A stretch of DNA of 64,000 nt from Lingula anatina. Taxonomy: Eukaryota > Animalia > Brachiopoda. Positions 1-13,561 of this stretch are shown here, one piece after another; the stretch's first letter is position 1; every line of letters starts with the position of its first letter. The DNA is taken from NCBI GenBank assembly GCA_051362555.1, contig CM120646.1, positions 17,608,001-17,672,000 of the forward strand, read 5' to 3'. The notes beneath the pieces were generated by a model, which worked only from the letters and a program-made list of their open reading frames with translations, did no database searches and had not been told where the DNA came from. A program made the position numbers and the translations under genes.

Positions 1-532
1 GCGCAATTATAGCCTATGTGTTGATGTTTTCGCAATAGCAGCTGATATAGAACCTCGGGAGTGATTTCAAGGCCTAAGTTTAGGGTTAGTATTAGTTGTG
101 TGGTAAGGCCACGCTTCTAAATCGACCTTATTAATTCAGTTAATGGAAAATAGTCTCAGCTTACAAAATGTGTGGCCTTAAAGTAGAAGCGCCAGTGTGA
201 GTCCAATCACTTTTGTGGTTCGGTTTTTAAGTATGACAAGTTGAAATAAATTAACCCTTTGTATTATTTATAGTATATGTTTACGGAAAAGCGTTTAGAA
301 GTTCAAGTAGCTCTGTGATAACCTGATATGCAATCTAAACCCAAGCAACGAAATTAAGAGTAGAAAATTTTGAACTTTTCAACATTTCTGACGAGCATGC
401 TTATTGCGCAGCGAAAAGTCAACACTGAGCCTATACACGGATTGGCGTTTACATGCAATTATTTATTTTCAACTCGCAAAAGACATGTTGGAAACAATTT
501 TTGATGGTTAGACAGATTTGACTTAATTTTGC

Positions 533-3065
533 TTAGCCAGTCTTGGATCTGCGGCAAACGAACCAGTGGCTTCCGATCTTCTTCTTATTGTAGACGTCCC
601 AGTAAGCATTGGGCTTTGTCGCCGAGCAAGGATCGTATGCGCAGTAGTCTGTTGCGCAGTCGGTAGGGTCGGACTTGTAGCCACACAACGCGTCTTCAGC
701 GGCCTGGATTGCTCTACGATAGGTGGCGTCGTTGTTGGCTTTGGATGAAGCCCATGCTCTGTCGTGATTGGAATCATCCAGGGTATTGTATTGGTAACCA
801 CTGGAGTATCGTTGATAAACAACCCCGCTGCAAAAAAAAAAAAAAAAAAGATGACTAGTATAAGCTCTATACGAACATTACCTCACCCACGTATTGACTA
901 ACTAATTTATTAAATATATGCCACTTACAAATACGCTCGAAAGGACTTACTTACTAATCGAATTAATTCACAAACATCTGAAAAAACTAAAAAGATCTAT
1001 AAATATCTAACCAACTACTAGTATATATATATATATATAATTATTCCAGTGATTATATGGCAATAAAGTTTATTTATAGAATCTAGTGGAACTCCCAGGT
1101 AAACCTTATTTGGGACTTATAGGGGCCTATAGTGATTGTTAATAAAACTCGGTTACTGATTTTCCATGTCTACCCGACCCGACCATTCTGCTGGCCCCCT
1201 TGTCAGGATGTTATCATAATAATCACAATAATAATATGACTAATAATAATAATGTGTTATATCGTAAAGTGCATTCCATTTTCATACATTTCAATGCACT
1301 TTACAATAAAACATAAAAGTTATTATCAACTTCAGCACTAAAACTAAAGACGATAAATAAAAGTTCTTACTTGAGTGTGTTTGGGTATCCATTGTGTTTC
1401 ACTCTGTTTACAATGGTGTACGCTACAGCCAGTTGACCAGTTATGGACTCTCCTTTGGCCTCGCCGTGGACAACCCGGCCAACAGTTTGAATGTTGGCAC
1501 TGGTGCTGTAACAGAGGGATTATCATCTTAGCATCAGTACTCGGTATGCTCCCGGTACTTTGTATGTGGTTCAAAGTATATTTAATGTGTATGTTGTACA
1601 TGTTTGAATGTATTTATGCATATGTTTACATGCATGCTCGTGTCTTTTCTTGTGTCTGCGTTTGTCCTCATTAGCACGTATTGTATGTTGCTCATAAAAA
1701 TTTAGTTCAAATATTCTACTGTATATTGAATATTTGGTTTACAGGTAATAGCTTATTAAAATACATTTGTAAAAGACAAGAAAATCAAGATCCAAACCAT
1801 AGTCCTTTTCCAGTTGCGCCGGAGCTGCCGCTTCCACTACAACTGGAACTGGTCACCAAATAGTCGCCCGCTATCCAGCCATCCTAGACAGAAAAAAATT
1901 AATAAATATTTTATTTCTATTTAATCTAAACTGTAGTATATATACATTTTATCTGTTCCCATTGTAACAGACTGCCATTTGTGTCATAAAACAACATTCT
2001 AAGTAAAAATAAAGTACAAATATTGCACAAAAATGTCGTATAAGATTTATAAGCAATCTTGCGATCAGATATAAAAGAATACAAATATTGGAGTGTTGCA
2101 AAATTCATTGAATGTCACTGTATCAGATATGAATAAAAGACCAGAATGACCTTTATTGGAGTGTTTGAGATTCCTAAAGTAAAATGTAGCTGGGTCGCTG
2201 TCACAAGCAAGATCTGATGCCAATGAAAAGAGATCAGTTTAGGGAAATATCGACAATCCGATGTCATAAAGATAAATGTTTGCTATTCATTTTGCAACGA
2301 AACGGGGCTGAGTCCACCATTTTTGTTCCGGCACGCCTCTACAATATTCCCCTATGAGGGTCATTATATCTAACTTACTTACCTTGCCATTGTAGTTCAC
2401 TTTATACCACACGTAGCCGCAGGAGGTTAACCTGGACGCTTTAGATGTGAAGCATTGGCCAGATGAAGCGGTTCCAATTTTGGTTCCACAAGCTGAAACA
2501 TAATCACCAATTATCCAATATACATGCAGACCAATTATTTCCTTGTTCCGCGGTTTGAGCGTGTTCGTTGTTTGTGTACGCACTTCTTTTGAAACATTAA
2601 AGTCCGTTTAAATTTCGGCATTTGATAATTTCAGTTGGTTCCAATAACTGGAGACACCGAGTATTTAGAAAAAAAGGTCGGAAGTCAGAGCGTGCTTTTT
2701 GCAATTTGAGAAGCAGAAATGAATCAATGGACAAGCACGTAAACGGGGAACCTTTTTTCTATATAGATCAATTCTTTAATAATATTCTGACATTTTCATA
2801 ATCTGTCAATTTAATTCTATTCAATCCTATTTTTATGGTTTTCATTTTCATTTTCATTTACCTTATATTTATTAAAAATATTACATATCTATTCAGCTCT
2901 CTAACTTTTTTCTAATCATTTTTCTTGGTAAAATCCCTTTCACTTACCTGAGCTACGCACGTTGACATTGGTCCCTGTCAAACACAAGCACTGCCCCCAG
3001 TTATAGTTAGTCGGGGTGGCCAGGCCTAAACCAACCACAGATACCAGCGCTAAAAGGAACAGCAT
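533..3065 (-). CDS. Secreted SH3b + cell-wall hydrolase (SleB/CwlJ, Hydrolase_2 family), copy 1; 5 exons, ~247 aa
   Basis: Exons 3065-2948, 2492-2383, 1883-1798, 1505-1371, 827-533. All introns are GT..AG and phase-compatible, giving 744 nt of open frame. Protein: signal peptide MLFLLALVSVVGLGLA; SH3b-like LTGTNVNVRSS...WYKVNYNGKDGWIAGDYL; Ser/Gly linker; Hydrolase_2-like VGRVVHGEAKGESITGQLAVAYTIVNRVKHNGYPNTLNGVVYQ...AAEDALCGYKSDPTDCATDY...KIGSHWF. The family call is by motif recognition (EAxGE catalytic Glu, NRV, PNTxxGVVYQ, DPT, IGxHxF). Confidence 0.88.
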
Positions 3066-3888
3066 GGCGTCGACTCTGCCCGATACTGGTGAGATACTCA
3101 ACATATGTCCGCCTACTTGGTGTTATATCAGACACGCACTGTCCCCGAGGTCAGGAGACAGTGGTGGGTACCCTGGTGATGACGATATGTGCTGACGGTG
3201 TCTTGACTCATGGTGGAAAAGAATACGTTTACCGTCGCTGTATATCCCCATTCATTCCCATCGTTTGAGTGTAGTTGATGCAGAGGGCTGCACGCGAAAT
3301 AACTACGTTATCTCACACGACATAACATGCATTGTGTTATAATATATTACAGTACATATATTTTTTATCTTTGTTATTGCGATAAAGACTTCCGGAGTCT
3401 TAACGTAATGGCGGCGGTACTGGTGTCAAGAAGCTGACTTACAACAACATCGCTTGGTGCCTAGCCCTCTGATGGTATGAACAGGTGTTTAGTTTACGTC
3501 AGGCGATGGCGTCCATAATGTCACGTCTACGCGGGGGTTGGATGACGTTTGGTGGCTTAAGATGAAGCTTTTATGGACACAAAGTTGATTAAAGGTCAGC
3601 ACACAGTTTGCGACACAAGTGAATTTGCGAAATAGTTACAAAAATAAACATGCATTACACAGATATAAATTTACACACACACACACACATATATATGTAG
3701 CAATTCACCCTCCAAGAACACGCCCCCCCCCTTCCACAAACACAAACACACACACACACACACACACACACGTTCTTACACATAGGCCTACTGTGTGAGA
3801 AATTAGAGATTCTGACAAACAACAACATTGTTTCAACTTTTTTTATTTCTTGGCTTTCTTGTTTGTAGCCGAAATCTTGTTTCATTGA

Positions 3889-6800
3889 TTAGACAATTGG
3901 AAAAGTGGCAAGATTTCCCTTAATCATATCTGCATAATACAGAAGACCGTCATGTGGATTATAATCTAACATGGTGTTGTATTTACCAGGTGGTTTGAAC
4001 GGGATCCCATTCGGTGGAAGCGACTCTTGTTTCCCAGTGTTGGTGTCATAGGTATAGCGGATGTAATTGGACAATTCACTGTAGGAATTCGTGGCGTAAA
4101 GCACGCCACATTTCATGAAAGTGTTTCCCACGCTTCCACTGCTAATGGTCGTCGCCCACGATTTCTCCACGTTGAGAGTGTCCGGGTTGATCTTGGCGAT
4201 GACCAGGTTACAGTTGTTACTTATATTCCCGTACACTAACCACAGCCCGTACTCGTCCACGGCAAAGTCAGTGGTAGTGTAACCGCGCCACGGATATGTA
4301 CACGTGTTGCCCCCGTCTACGTCCCTCATTGATGCCTCAATCATGGCAGTTCTGTTCTTGAAATCGAACTTGACTATGTTCTTCGTGAGGGCACGCTGAA
4401 AGTATACGGAATCCCTGTATACAACATGTCCAGTGCCTGCCCAGTTGTATGGGAGTCTGATGGTCTCACGTGAGTGGTTGCGCTTCATGGCCTCTACTGA
4501 GTCGAACATTATCACCGCGTTGTCTCTCACAAATCCTCTAAAAAACCACACTCTGTTTGCCGAGCTTTGATTTGTCGGTTGGGAATCTCTCATCCACGCA
4601 GACTGTCTGGAATTGGCCGGGCTGTACTGGAAAACCCCTGACGAGTTCTCTATTGTAGGCATGCCACATCCCGTTCCTTTGTAAAGTAAAATAATTGCTT
4701 CTAAATTGCAATGAGTTATTGTCATTCTCTTGATAACTAGATACTGAATGGCGATATGGATGCTTACTGACATTGTAGACATAACTTTTGCCAAGTTTTT
4801 TTTAATATTGTTTCATTATTATTTTAATTTTTGCTCACATGGGTTAGTCCCTTTCATCTGATTTAATTTTGAAAAATTGATTATATCTAATGATTATAAT
4901 ACCTGGACAAATACCTTCAGGTCGCTTGGTTCGATGACCTCTTTTATTTCCAATTTCTGTTAGGGGGATACCATAAAAACAAGTAAATGAACACTTTTTG
5001 TTTTAACTGCCCATCACAAGGTTTTGTGCTAAACGCAATGATTCCTACCCGTAAAGTAGCTAATAATGGTGTGCTTACCATTTGTATTGATCTGTTGGTC
5101 TGCCGTGCATCTCAAATAGCTCTGGGTCAAGAATTCTAGAGTGTGGCTGGCAAGGCTAATCTTGAGCGCTAACTCTTCTGATGTCACGCCATTGTACGAC
5201 GGGCTTTGCCCCACTGGGAGTAGAAAACATGACATAAGATACATCGTAGCATAAGCTTTTCAGGTTTAATGTCTCAGTCTGACAGAAAATTGGTATTGTC
5301 ATATGATCAGTCACAGTCTGTTGGTCACTTGCTGCTTGCTATTAAGCCTGTAGGCGAGCCTCTTGCTGGATTCGATTTCAAACTACAAATACAATGACAG
5401 ACAAGATCGTTTAAGATACAAGTGTTCCGGAGAAGTATGAACCGTATTGCTGGTCATGAAGTGCCCCTTGAAGCGGTCCTTGAACAGGTCATTTTAGGAA
5501 CTTTTTTTATACCTACATGTACTTATATTTCATTGGTGTATATATATGTAGCCTACCAGTAGGCCTGTGTGTGGTAAATGCCCCTTCCAAGAAGCGTGAA
5601 ATACTTATCACCATATTAATAACATAAACTCCCAACAGACAGACATGGCAGCAAATGAAAATGACATTGATAGATACGAAAAACAGATGACCGAAAGGCC
5701 CTTTCTCACCGTGCGTTATACTTAACTGGACCGGTCCACTATGACAAATCAATACCCTGTACTGGCTTTTACGTAAAAAAGTAAGTTAAATGGGAATCCG
5801 CAACAGGCAAACTTGTACAAACAGCAGGAGGCCAACTTTAGGGGAAATTGAGAAATGGACAACATCACAAACAAGGTGACCATGGGGCATTGAAGTTCGT
5901 TGAACCGAGTTTCGTTAATTAGGAGGGAAATGGCGTTTAAATATCTGGAATGAGTGCTTAATTTCATCCGGCATTTTCGATTAGTCGAAGTAATCATCTT
6001 GTTATTTTTACATTATTTTTGATAACCCAGAGAACTATCTTGATTCTAGGATGTAATATTGGGTTTCACGTTTGGGATTCCTGTTGTGAGCGTGGATAGT
6101 AAAAGTATGTACATGCACGTAACATTTAAAGAAGCAATACTAAATCAAAACAGTGATTAATTTTGTCTTGGTAGTTTCATTACTTCTGGTGGCAAATATG
6201 TACGGTAATTCTAAGTCAATTCAACCTAAGATCAAAAGTTTATCTTGCTAGTATCAATAGAAACAAGAATGAGATTCGTATGCTATGTATAGGGTAATTT
6301 TTATAATGAAAGACTGTAAAACATGGACTGACAGTAAGAAAGTGAAAAAACTCCAGAGTCAGGATATGATGCGTACGTGTATCTTGCAGACATACAAAAA
6401 AAATCGGTCCAAGGGGAAGCAGATGCCAACATATAACACTCTTAAGGAAGACCAGAAAAAACAAGCCAGTTTAATGTCTTAGGACATGTAAAGAAATACT
6501 GAAATATAAAGCAACCGGTAACATAGGGAAAGTTGGAAGGAAAAAGAGCAAATAAGTTGGATAGCTTTGCACAATAGATGGAACATACAAAAGTAACAGA
6601 TACGCTGAGAACTATCAAAGACAGAGAGTTGTAGAGGGGAATTGCCGACACTACAGTGAATATATGAAGCAGGACACACGCAGATAATGTGCAGTAATAC
6701 GTTTCCATATGAAATCTTCATTATCGAATTTACAATTGTTAAAAAGAGACTGTGTATAGATAAAACCCGATTACGTTTAAATTAATGACATTGTTTATGA

Positions 6801-7049
6801 TGAGAAACTGTAAGAGAGAGGGAGAGAGAGTTGCTTCCTACCTCTGGGTTCAGACCTCAAATAACGTGAAACCCCAGTCTGCTGGAACAGGGTTGGACAA
6901 TCCCTGCGCAGGAAATCCCCCGTCTTCTCAATCTGAACCTGTAGTTTTAGAAGCTCGAGAAGGTTGGAAAATCGATCTTGTTGACTGTGGCTTAATCCCA
7001 CGCCAAACAAAATGCAGAGAGCCAAGGCGCTGCGACCAAATAGACACAT
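3889..7049 (-). CDS. Secreted olfactomedin-domain protein A; 3 exons, ~376 aa
   Basis: Exons 7049-6842 (signal peptide MCLFGRSALALCILFGVGLS plus helical segment with Cys), 5213-5079, 4676-3889. Phase-1 GT..AG introns. OLF motifs [49 protein letters not shown]-like TATATATA near 7105-7113. Confidence 0.88.
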
Positions 7050-8680
7050 ACCGTTGCGTTTGATGTTTCCAGAGCCAGAAGCCCCAACAATTACGAACGC
7101 CAAGATATATATAACCAGGGAATAATGTATGAAGGCACATCCTGGAGAGGATTGCCAGGGTTAGAACCAACGTTCGCTGAATGAGATATTTCATTCTGTA
7201 GGATTTGGGCATCACCATGTTTTAATGTTTCAAAGAATTGGTTCAAAACGTTGACAGTAAAGTAAGTTCTCATTTTAAAATGCTTTTGATTGGGGAACCG
7301 AGTTCATTTTAAAATGCTAATCCGTTTTCTACATAAATTGCCAGCAAGCAAGAACTCTTTGTTTCAAACCTTAAAACAAAATATCCTGTCGTGATTTTGA
7401 GTCTCAATCCGTGCTTTAATATCGCAAACGAGAGATTGTGGTCGCGAACACCAAAATGCAAATCGCGAACCGTTAATCTACCCGTTCGGCACGTCCTTTG
7501 TGTTCCAGAGATTGTCTAGAGTGCATTACTGCCGCACTGAAAATAGTTTGGGGTTGAGAAAAGTAGCATTACAAAAACATAAACAACGAAAGACCCGGGT
7601 GTAAGCTGGTCAGATTGTTAGCGCTCTCGACCACTATGTTAACGTTCGCGCCACGAAATCGTGGTGTAAGTCGTCAATTCGTCGTTTGCAATCCCGAATC
7701 CCTGCCCCGAGAGACCACAATCAGAAGTTATCATTTATAAAGCCTTTGTCTTTATTATACTGAGATAGTTGAGCTCCCTATTTCATTCCGCCAGCATTCA
7801 TATCTGTAGTCATCTCACATTCTGTCTTCTTTCTTGTCATTTTTATGTATTTATTTATTTATTTATTTTTGGTGGAAATTTGGTTAGGAGGCTGGATTCG
7901 ACCTTGTTTTGGAAAAATGAAGGTGAGTAAGGTAGAAGGCGCCTATACCTAGTACCTAATACATCATTAGAAAAATACAATGCGTTTGCATTCCTGTTTC
8001 TGTATTTGTGTGTGTGTATGTGTGTGGGGGGGGGGGGGTTCGCGCAAAGTTTATACATTTTTTTCTTTTATTCGAAGGCGCTGTTTTTATTTTTGCATAC
8101 AAACGAATACTTTTCTAAAGCCTCATAAATTGAGAATATACATGTACATGTACATGTACGTTCTCTGCGATTTTCACACGAGTTGTGAGGTACAGGTATG
8201 CAAATATCTGTTGCTTCTTTTTGTAAACAGACAATTACCAATTTTCTGTTCAGAATATAAAAAATACCATTTTGTTTTAAGCATGGATAGGGATTTCCAC
8301 GACCCCCCACCCCACGCCAATCTGTGGATGTGGCAATGTAGGCCCCTACTGGTATTCAAAATCACCAATTCAAACATCGGGCGATTTAAAGAACATATGG
8401 GGATGGCACTAGTCTATGTATGCATATAAACCTCAATGATCTCTTTTATTTTGACTATGAGTATCTTTACCCTAAGACCCACCTGTCAATCAACCCTCCT
8501 GTCCAAGAACAACTTCATGCTACCCCGCTATCCAAACACGCACGCATGCACGCACACACACACACACACACACACACAAATGCTCACACACGCATTGTGA
8601 GTGAAGGAGATATTCCTACAAACAAAACTATATTTCCAACTGTTTATTTTTTGGCTTTCTTTTCTGAATACGTGATCTTG

Positions 8681-11600
8681 TTACACTGATTTGACAATTG
8701 GGAACGTGGCAATGTACCCGGGATTGTAATCTGCATAATACAGAAGGCCGTCATGGGGGTTGTAATCTAACATGGTGTTGTATGTACCAGGTTGTTTGAA
8801 CGAGATACTGTTCGAGGGAAGCGACTCTTGTTTCCCGGTGTTGGTGTCATAAGTATAGCGAATGTAAATGAATGTTTCACTGTAGGATTTCGTGGCGTAA
8901 AGCACGCCACATTTCATGAACGTGTTTCCAACTATCCTGTAATTGATGGTCGTCTCCCATGATTGCTCCACGTTGAGAGTGTCCAGGTTAATCTTGGCGA
9001 TGACCAGGTTACAGTTCGCAGTCACGTTCCCGTACACCAACCACAGCCCGTATTCGTCCACGGCAAAGTCAGTGGAAGCGTAACCGCCCCAACCATAGGT
9101 GCATCTGTTGCCACTGTCTACGTCTTTCAAGTGAATCTCTGCCATAAGCTTCATTTTCTGGATATCATATTTAGCAATTTTCTGAGTTCCATGAGGCTGA
9201 AAATACAAACTGCCTCTGTGTACGACATGTCCGGTACCGGCCCACCTGTATGGAAGTGTAATTGACGCACTTTGTATACCACGCTTCATGTCTTCAATTG
9301 TTTCGAATTCAGCGATCACATTTTCTGTAGAATATCCTTTGAAAAACCACACTCGGTCAGCATAGCTCAGGTTAGTTGGCTGAGAGTCTTTCATCCAAGA
9401 AGAGTGCAGGGACCTTGCTGGGCTATACTGAAAGACCATTGACATGTTCCCAATTCTAATAGTGCCGCCAGACAGGCATTTCGTCCCTATAAAAACAATA
9501 ATGTGTTACATAATAAAATTTACTACAGAGACAATTAATGATCAAATTGCTTCACAGTGTTTTAAAACACTTAACAGTAATATCTAATTCTTATTGAAAA
9601 GAAAATTTTGTTTAAATCGACTAAACGGTATTTTTGCCTATGTCTAGAAAACACGTCATTTTCTCTTTATAATCAAGTGCTGATGCAAGGTAAGTATTAA
9701 AATACCAAATTATCCATATTTATATATTGATGTTAAATCATTACTTTACAGCCTTAAAGTCGTTAAAATATAGACGTAGAGTCTATAGGCCTAGATAATT
9801 GAACGCATCTGTTCCACTGTGTGTAGGAACATTCCCACCATGACGTCACACTAGTCCACGTGCACCCACCTTCGTCACACGTGGCACCGGTAAAACCAGG
9901 CAAGCAGGCGCAGACAGCAGTATCCCCGCTGGCCGAGCACGTCCCGTTATTTTGACACGGTTGACTGTCACATGGATCAGGAGCTTAAATGACGAAACAT
10001 ATTGGTTTATTTTATTTAGGACGATGCCAAAATTGAACGTGGCGATACTGAAACCCAAATCAGCCTTTGCCGTTAGTTTTATAGAACATGTTTTCCATAA
10101 GCAAAACTAAAAAGTAAAGAAATGAACCTCGATAAAAATGAATTCGCAGCCACTACAAATTTAAAGATTAAGTTGATTCGTATCATCACTACCCATTAGA
10201 AGTGTTAATATATCAAGAATAAAGTTTCACTTATATTTAAAAGATGGAAACGTGGTTTATCTCTTGTAATGTAATCAACATAGGGTTTTCTGATAACACC
10301 TTTCTATTTAGGCGCCTTTAAAACGGATTCATGATATCTTGTTTCACCTTACCCTGCGTCGTGACTTTCATTGACCCGGCTTTGCACTTCAAGTAACTTT
10401 GCGTCAAGAAATCTAGAGTGTGCTGAGCAAGGATGATCCTAAATTCTATCTCCTCCGATGACGCGCCAAAGTACAGCTGTCTTTTCCCTACACATGCAAG
10501 ATAAACAATAATTTAAATTTCCTTCGATCTAGATCTAAAAAAATATCATTTCAATCTTCATAACGAAATTACAAAAGACAATACCAGACGCAAAGTTATT
10601 TCCAAGTGCTTTTTATGTTGTTTGAACGGGATCCCATGTGTGACTCTTGTTTCCCAGTGTTGGTGATATATAGGTATAGAGGATGTAAGTGGACATTTCA
10701 CTGTAGGAATTCGTGGCGTAAAGCACGCCACATTTCATGAAAGTGTTTCCCAAGCTTCCACTGCCAATAGTCGTCGGCCACAAATTCTCCACGTTGAGAG
10801 TATCGGGGTTGATCTTGGTGATGACCAGGTTACAGTTCGCAATCACGTTCCCGTACACCAACCACAGCCCGTATTCGTCCACGGCAAAGTCAGTGGAAGC
10901 GTAACCGTCCCACGGATAAGTACATCTGTTGCCCCCGTCTACGTCTCTCAATGATGCCTCAATCATGGCATTTCTGTTTTTGAGGTCGAACTTGATTATG
11001 GTCTTCGTAAGGGCACGGATAAAGTAAACAGAATTCCTGTATACAACATGTCCAGTGCCTGCCCAGTTGTATGGGAGTCTGATGGTCTCACGTGAGTTTT
11101 TGCGCTTCATGGCCTCTACTGAGTCGAATACAACCAAGGGGTTGTTTCTCACAGATCCTCCGAAAAACCACACTCTGCCGAACTGTGGTTGGGAGTCTCT
11201 CATCCACGCAGACTGTCTGGAATTGGCCGGGCTGTACTGGAAAACCACTGAAATGTTCCCTATTGTATTGTAAGCGTGCCGCTTTGCCTGCATCCCTTTC
11301 CTTTTTAAAGTGAAAACAATTCCCATTAAAGCCTCGGTCACAACCGGCCGTACGGGCTCTTACGGGTTGTTTGCGTTCAAATTTTGCACAGAATCTCACG
11401 TCCCACGCAAGTTCTTCTAACGCAATTTCGAGTTCGCAGACAGCCCGTAACCACGTACGGAGGATGTTGGACATGTCCAAAAGATTCTACGAATAGCCTG
11501 CGTAACTTGCTTCCCTCGCACAGAGTTAACGAGAGAGGCGCGCGTTGTGCAAGACGCACGTCGCAAGCAATGAAGGATCAATTGCCCTTTGCGTGTTGAG

Positions 11601-13521
11601 TAAGGCGCACGCCCTCACAACTCTGCTCTTAGTCTTTTACGTTCTTATTTTACAGGCCGGTCACAGCAGGTTATGATAAAAGGCATATTATCAAATGTTT
11701 CAGAGATAGCTTTTGGTGTGCCACAAGGCAGTGTTCTAGGACCTCTTGTGTTTTGCATGTATACCTTACCAATTGGGGCCATACTAAGACATCATAACAT
11801 TGGCTATCATATTTATGCTGATGACACACAGATTTTTACTTGTTGCAATCTAGAAAATCCAAATGAATCTATTGATATTTTGTCTGAATGTATTGATGAT
11901 CTTCGCGGGTGGCTGATTAGTAATAAGTTGAAAATTAACGATGGAAAGTCTGAACGTTTGGTAATAAGTCAGCCACATAATCGTATGATAGCACAACAAA
12001 TTCAGCTCAAAATTGGATCAAGCATTATTAAGCCAACACCACCTCATGCAAGAAATCTTGGTGTATTTTTTGATGGATCACTTTGTATGAACAAACATAT
12101 TGCCAGTGTATGAGGGTCAGCGGTTTTTAACATTAGGAACATAAGTGCAATTCGCAATCAGTTGTCTGACTCTGCTGCAGCCACAGTTATAAATTGTATA
12201 GTTACATCTCGATTAGATTACTGCAACTACATTTTATACGGTTGTCCAAAGAAACAAATTGCTAGACTGCAGCGCATTCAAAATATTTCGGCCAGATTAT
12301 TAACTCGGACATCCACAAGTATACACATCTCCCCAGTTTTAAAAAGTTTACACCGGCTACCTCTACAAGCCAGGATTTTATTCAAATTTTTAGTTTTTAC
12401 TCACGATGCTTTTTATGGATTGGCACCAACATACATCAATGAATTAGTCACTATGTTCCAATGCGTAATCTGCGGACTGTAGACCAATTGCTACTCAACC
12501 CAGTAAAAATGTGATTAAAAACCTACGGTGATATATCTTTTAAAGCTGCAGGTCCAAAGGAATGGAATCTATTACCGCTGGAAATCCGAGCAATTCAGTC
12601 TACCAAACATTTTTAAAAAGAACTAAAAACATACCTTTTTTAGGAAATATTTTGATTAACTCTTAATTGGTTTTATAAATCTTGTATTAATTGCATTTAA
12701 TTGTATGGAATAATGGCTGTTTTACCTAGATTTTATTTATGATATTTTATGTAGTATTTTTTATGATATTTTATGTAATGTCTACTGAACATTTTAAATG
12801 GATTTTAGACTTAAAATAAATTTATTATTTATTATTATTACAACTAACGAACAAAGTGGAGAGCACACCGGAAATGGGCCACACGTGCGTCACCCCCAAC
12901 TAAAATTACCGCCACGTCACGTGAAAAAAAGTTAATTATTTAGGCTAGTCGTTGCGGTAATTTTGGTTGGCAGTGTGAAACATCACAAACAGAGTCACCA
13001 TGGGACATTGAAGTCCGTTTAACCAAGTTTCGTTAATTAGGAGGGAAATGACGTTTAGATATCTGAAATGAGTGTTTAATTTCATCCGACATTTTCGATT
13101 AGTCGAAGCAATCATCTTGACATTTATACATTATTTTTTGATAACCCAGAGAACCATCTTGGTTCTGGGATGTAACATTGGATGTTATGCACCAATTTGG
13201 GATTCCTGTAGTGAGCGTGGATAGTAAAAGTACGTTCATGCATGTAACATTTATAGAAACAACACTGAATCAAAACAAGTCAGTGATTATAATGGCTGGG
13301 TAGTTTTATTACTTCTGACGGCAGATATATACCGTAATTAAAGTCAATTCAACTTAGGATCAAGAATGTATCTTGCTAGTATCAACAGAAAAAAGAGAAT
13401 GAGAACCGTACAATGCTACATAGGATAATTTCAATAATGCAGAGCTGTAAAACATGGACTGCCAGTAAGAAATTTAAAGTGAAAAACACCCGAGTCAGGA
13501 TATGATGCGTACGTGTACCTT

Positions 13522-13561
<40 letters not shown>

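Noticed and set aside
1344-1601. ORF-track peptide QCQHSNCWPGCPRRG.. resembling a cysteine-rich antimicrobial peptide (also 23257-23577, 523-822, 22024-22374)
   Set aside because: These are alternative frames of the hydrolase exons. Splice phases and Hydrolase_2 motifs identify the other frame.
533-3065. Bacterial contamination or endosymbiont insert as the source of the hydrolase
   Set aside because: The gene has four spliceosomal introns and a eukaryotic signal peptide, and its paralog is fused to host olfactomedin sequence.
11088-11480. ORF containing GCDRGFNGNCFHF, resembling a C-type lectin start
   Set aside because: It runs through a transposon-like insert and intron into the OLF pseudo-exon in the wrong frame, and no further lectin motifs follow.
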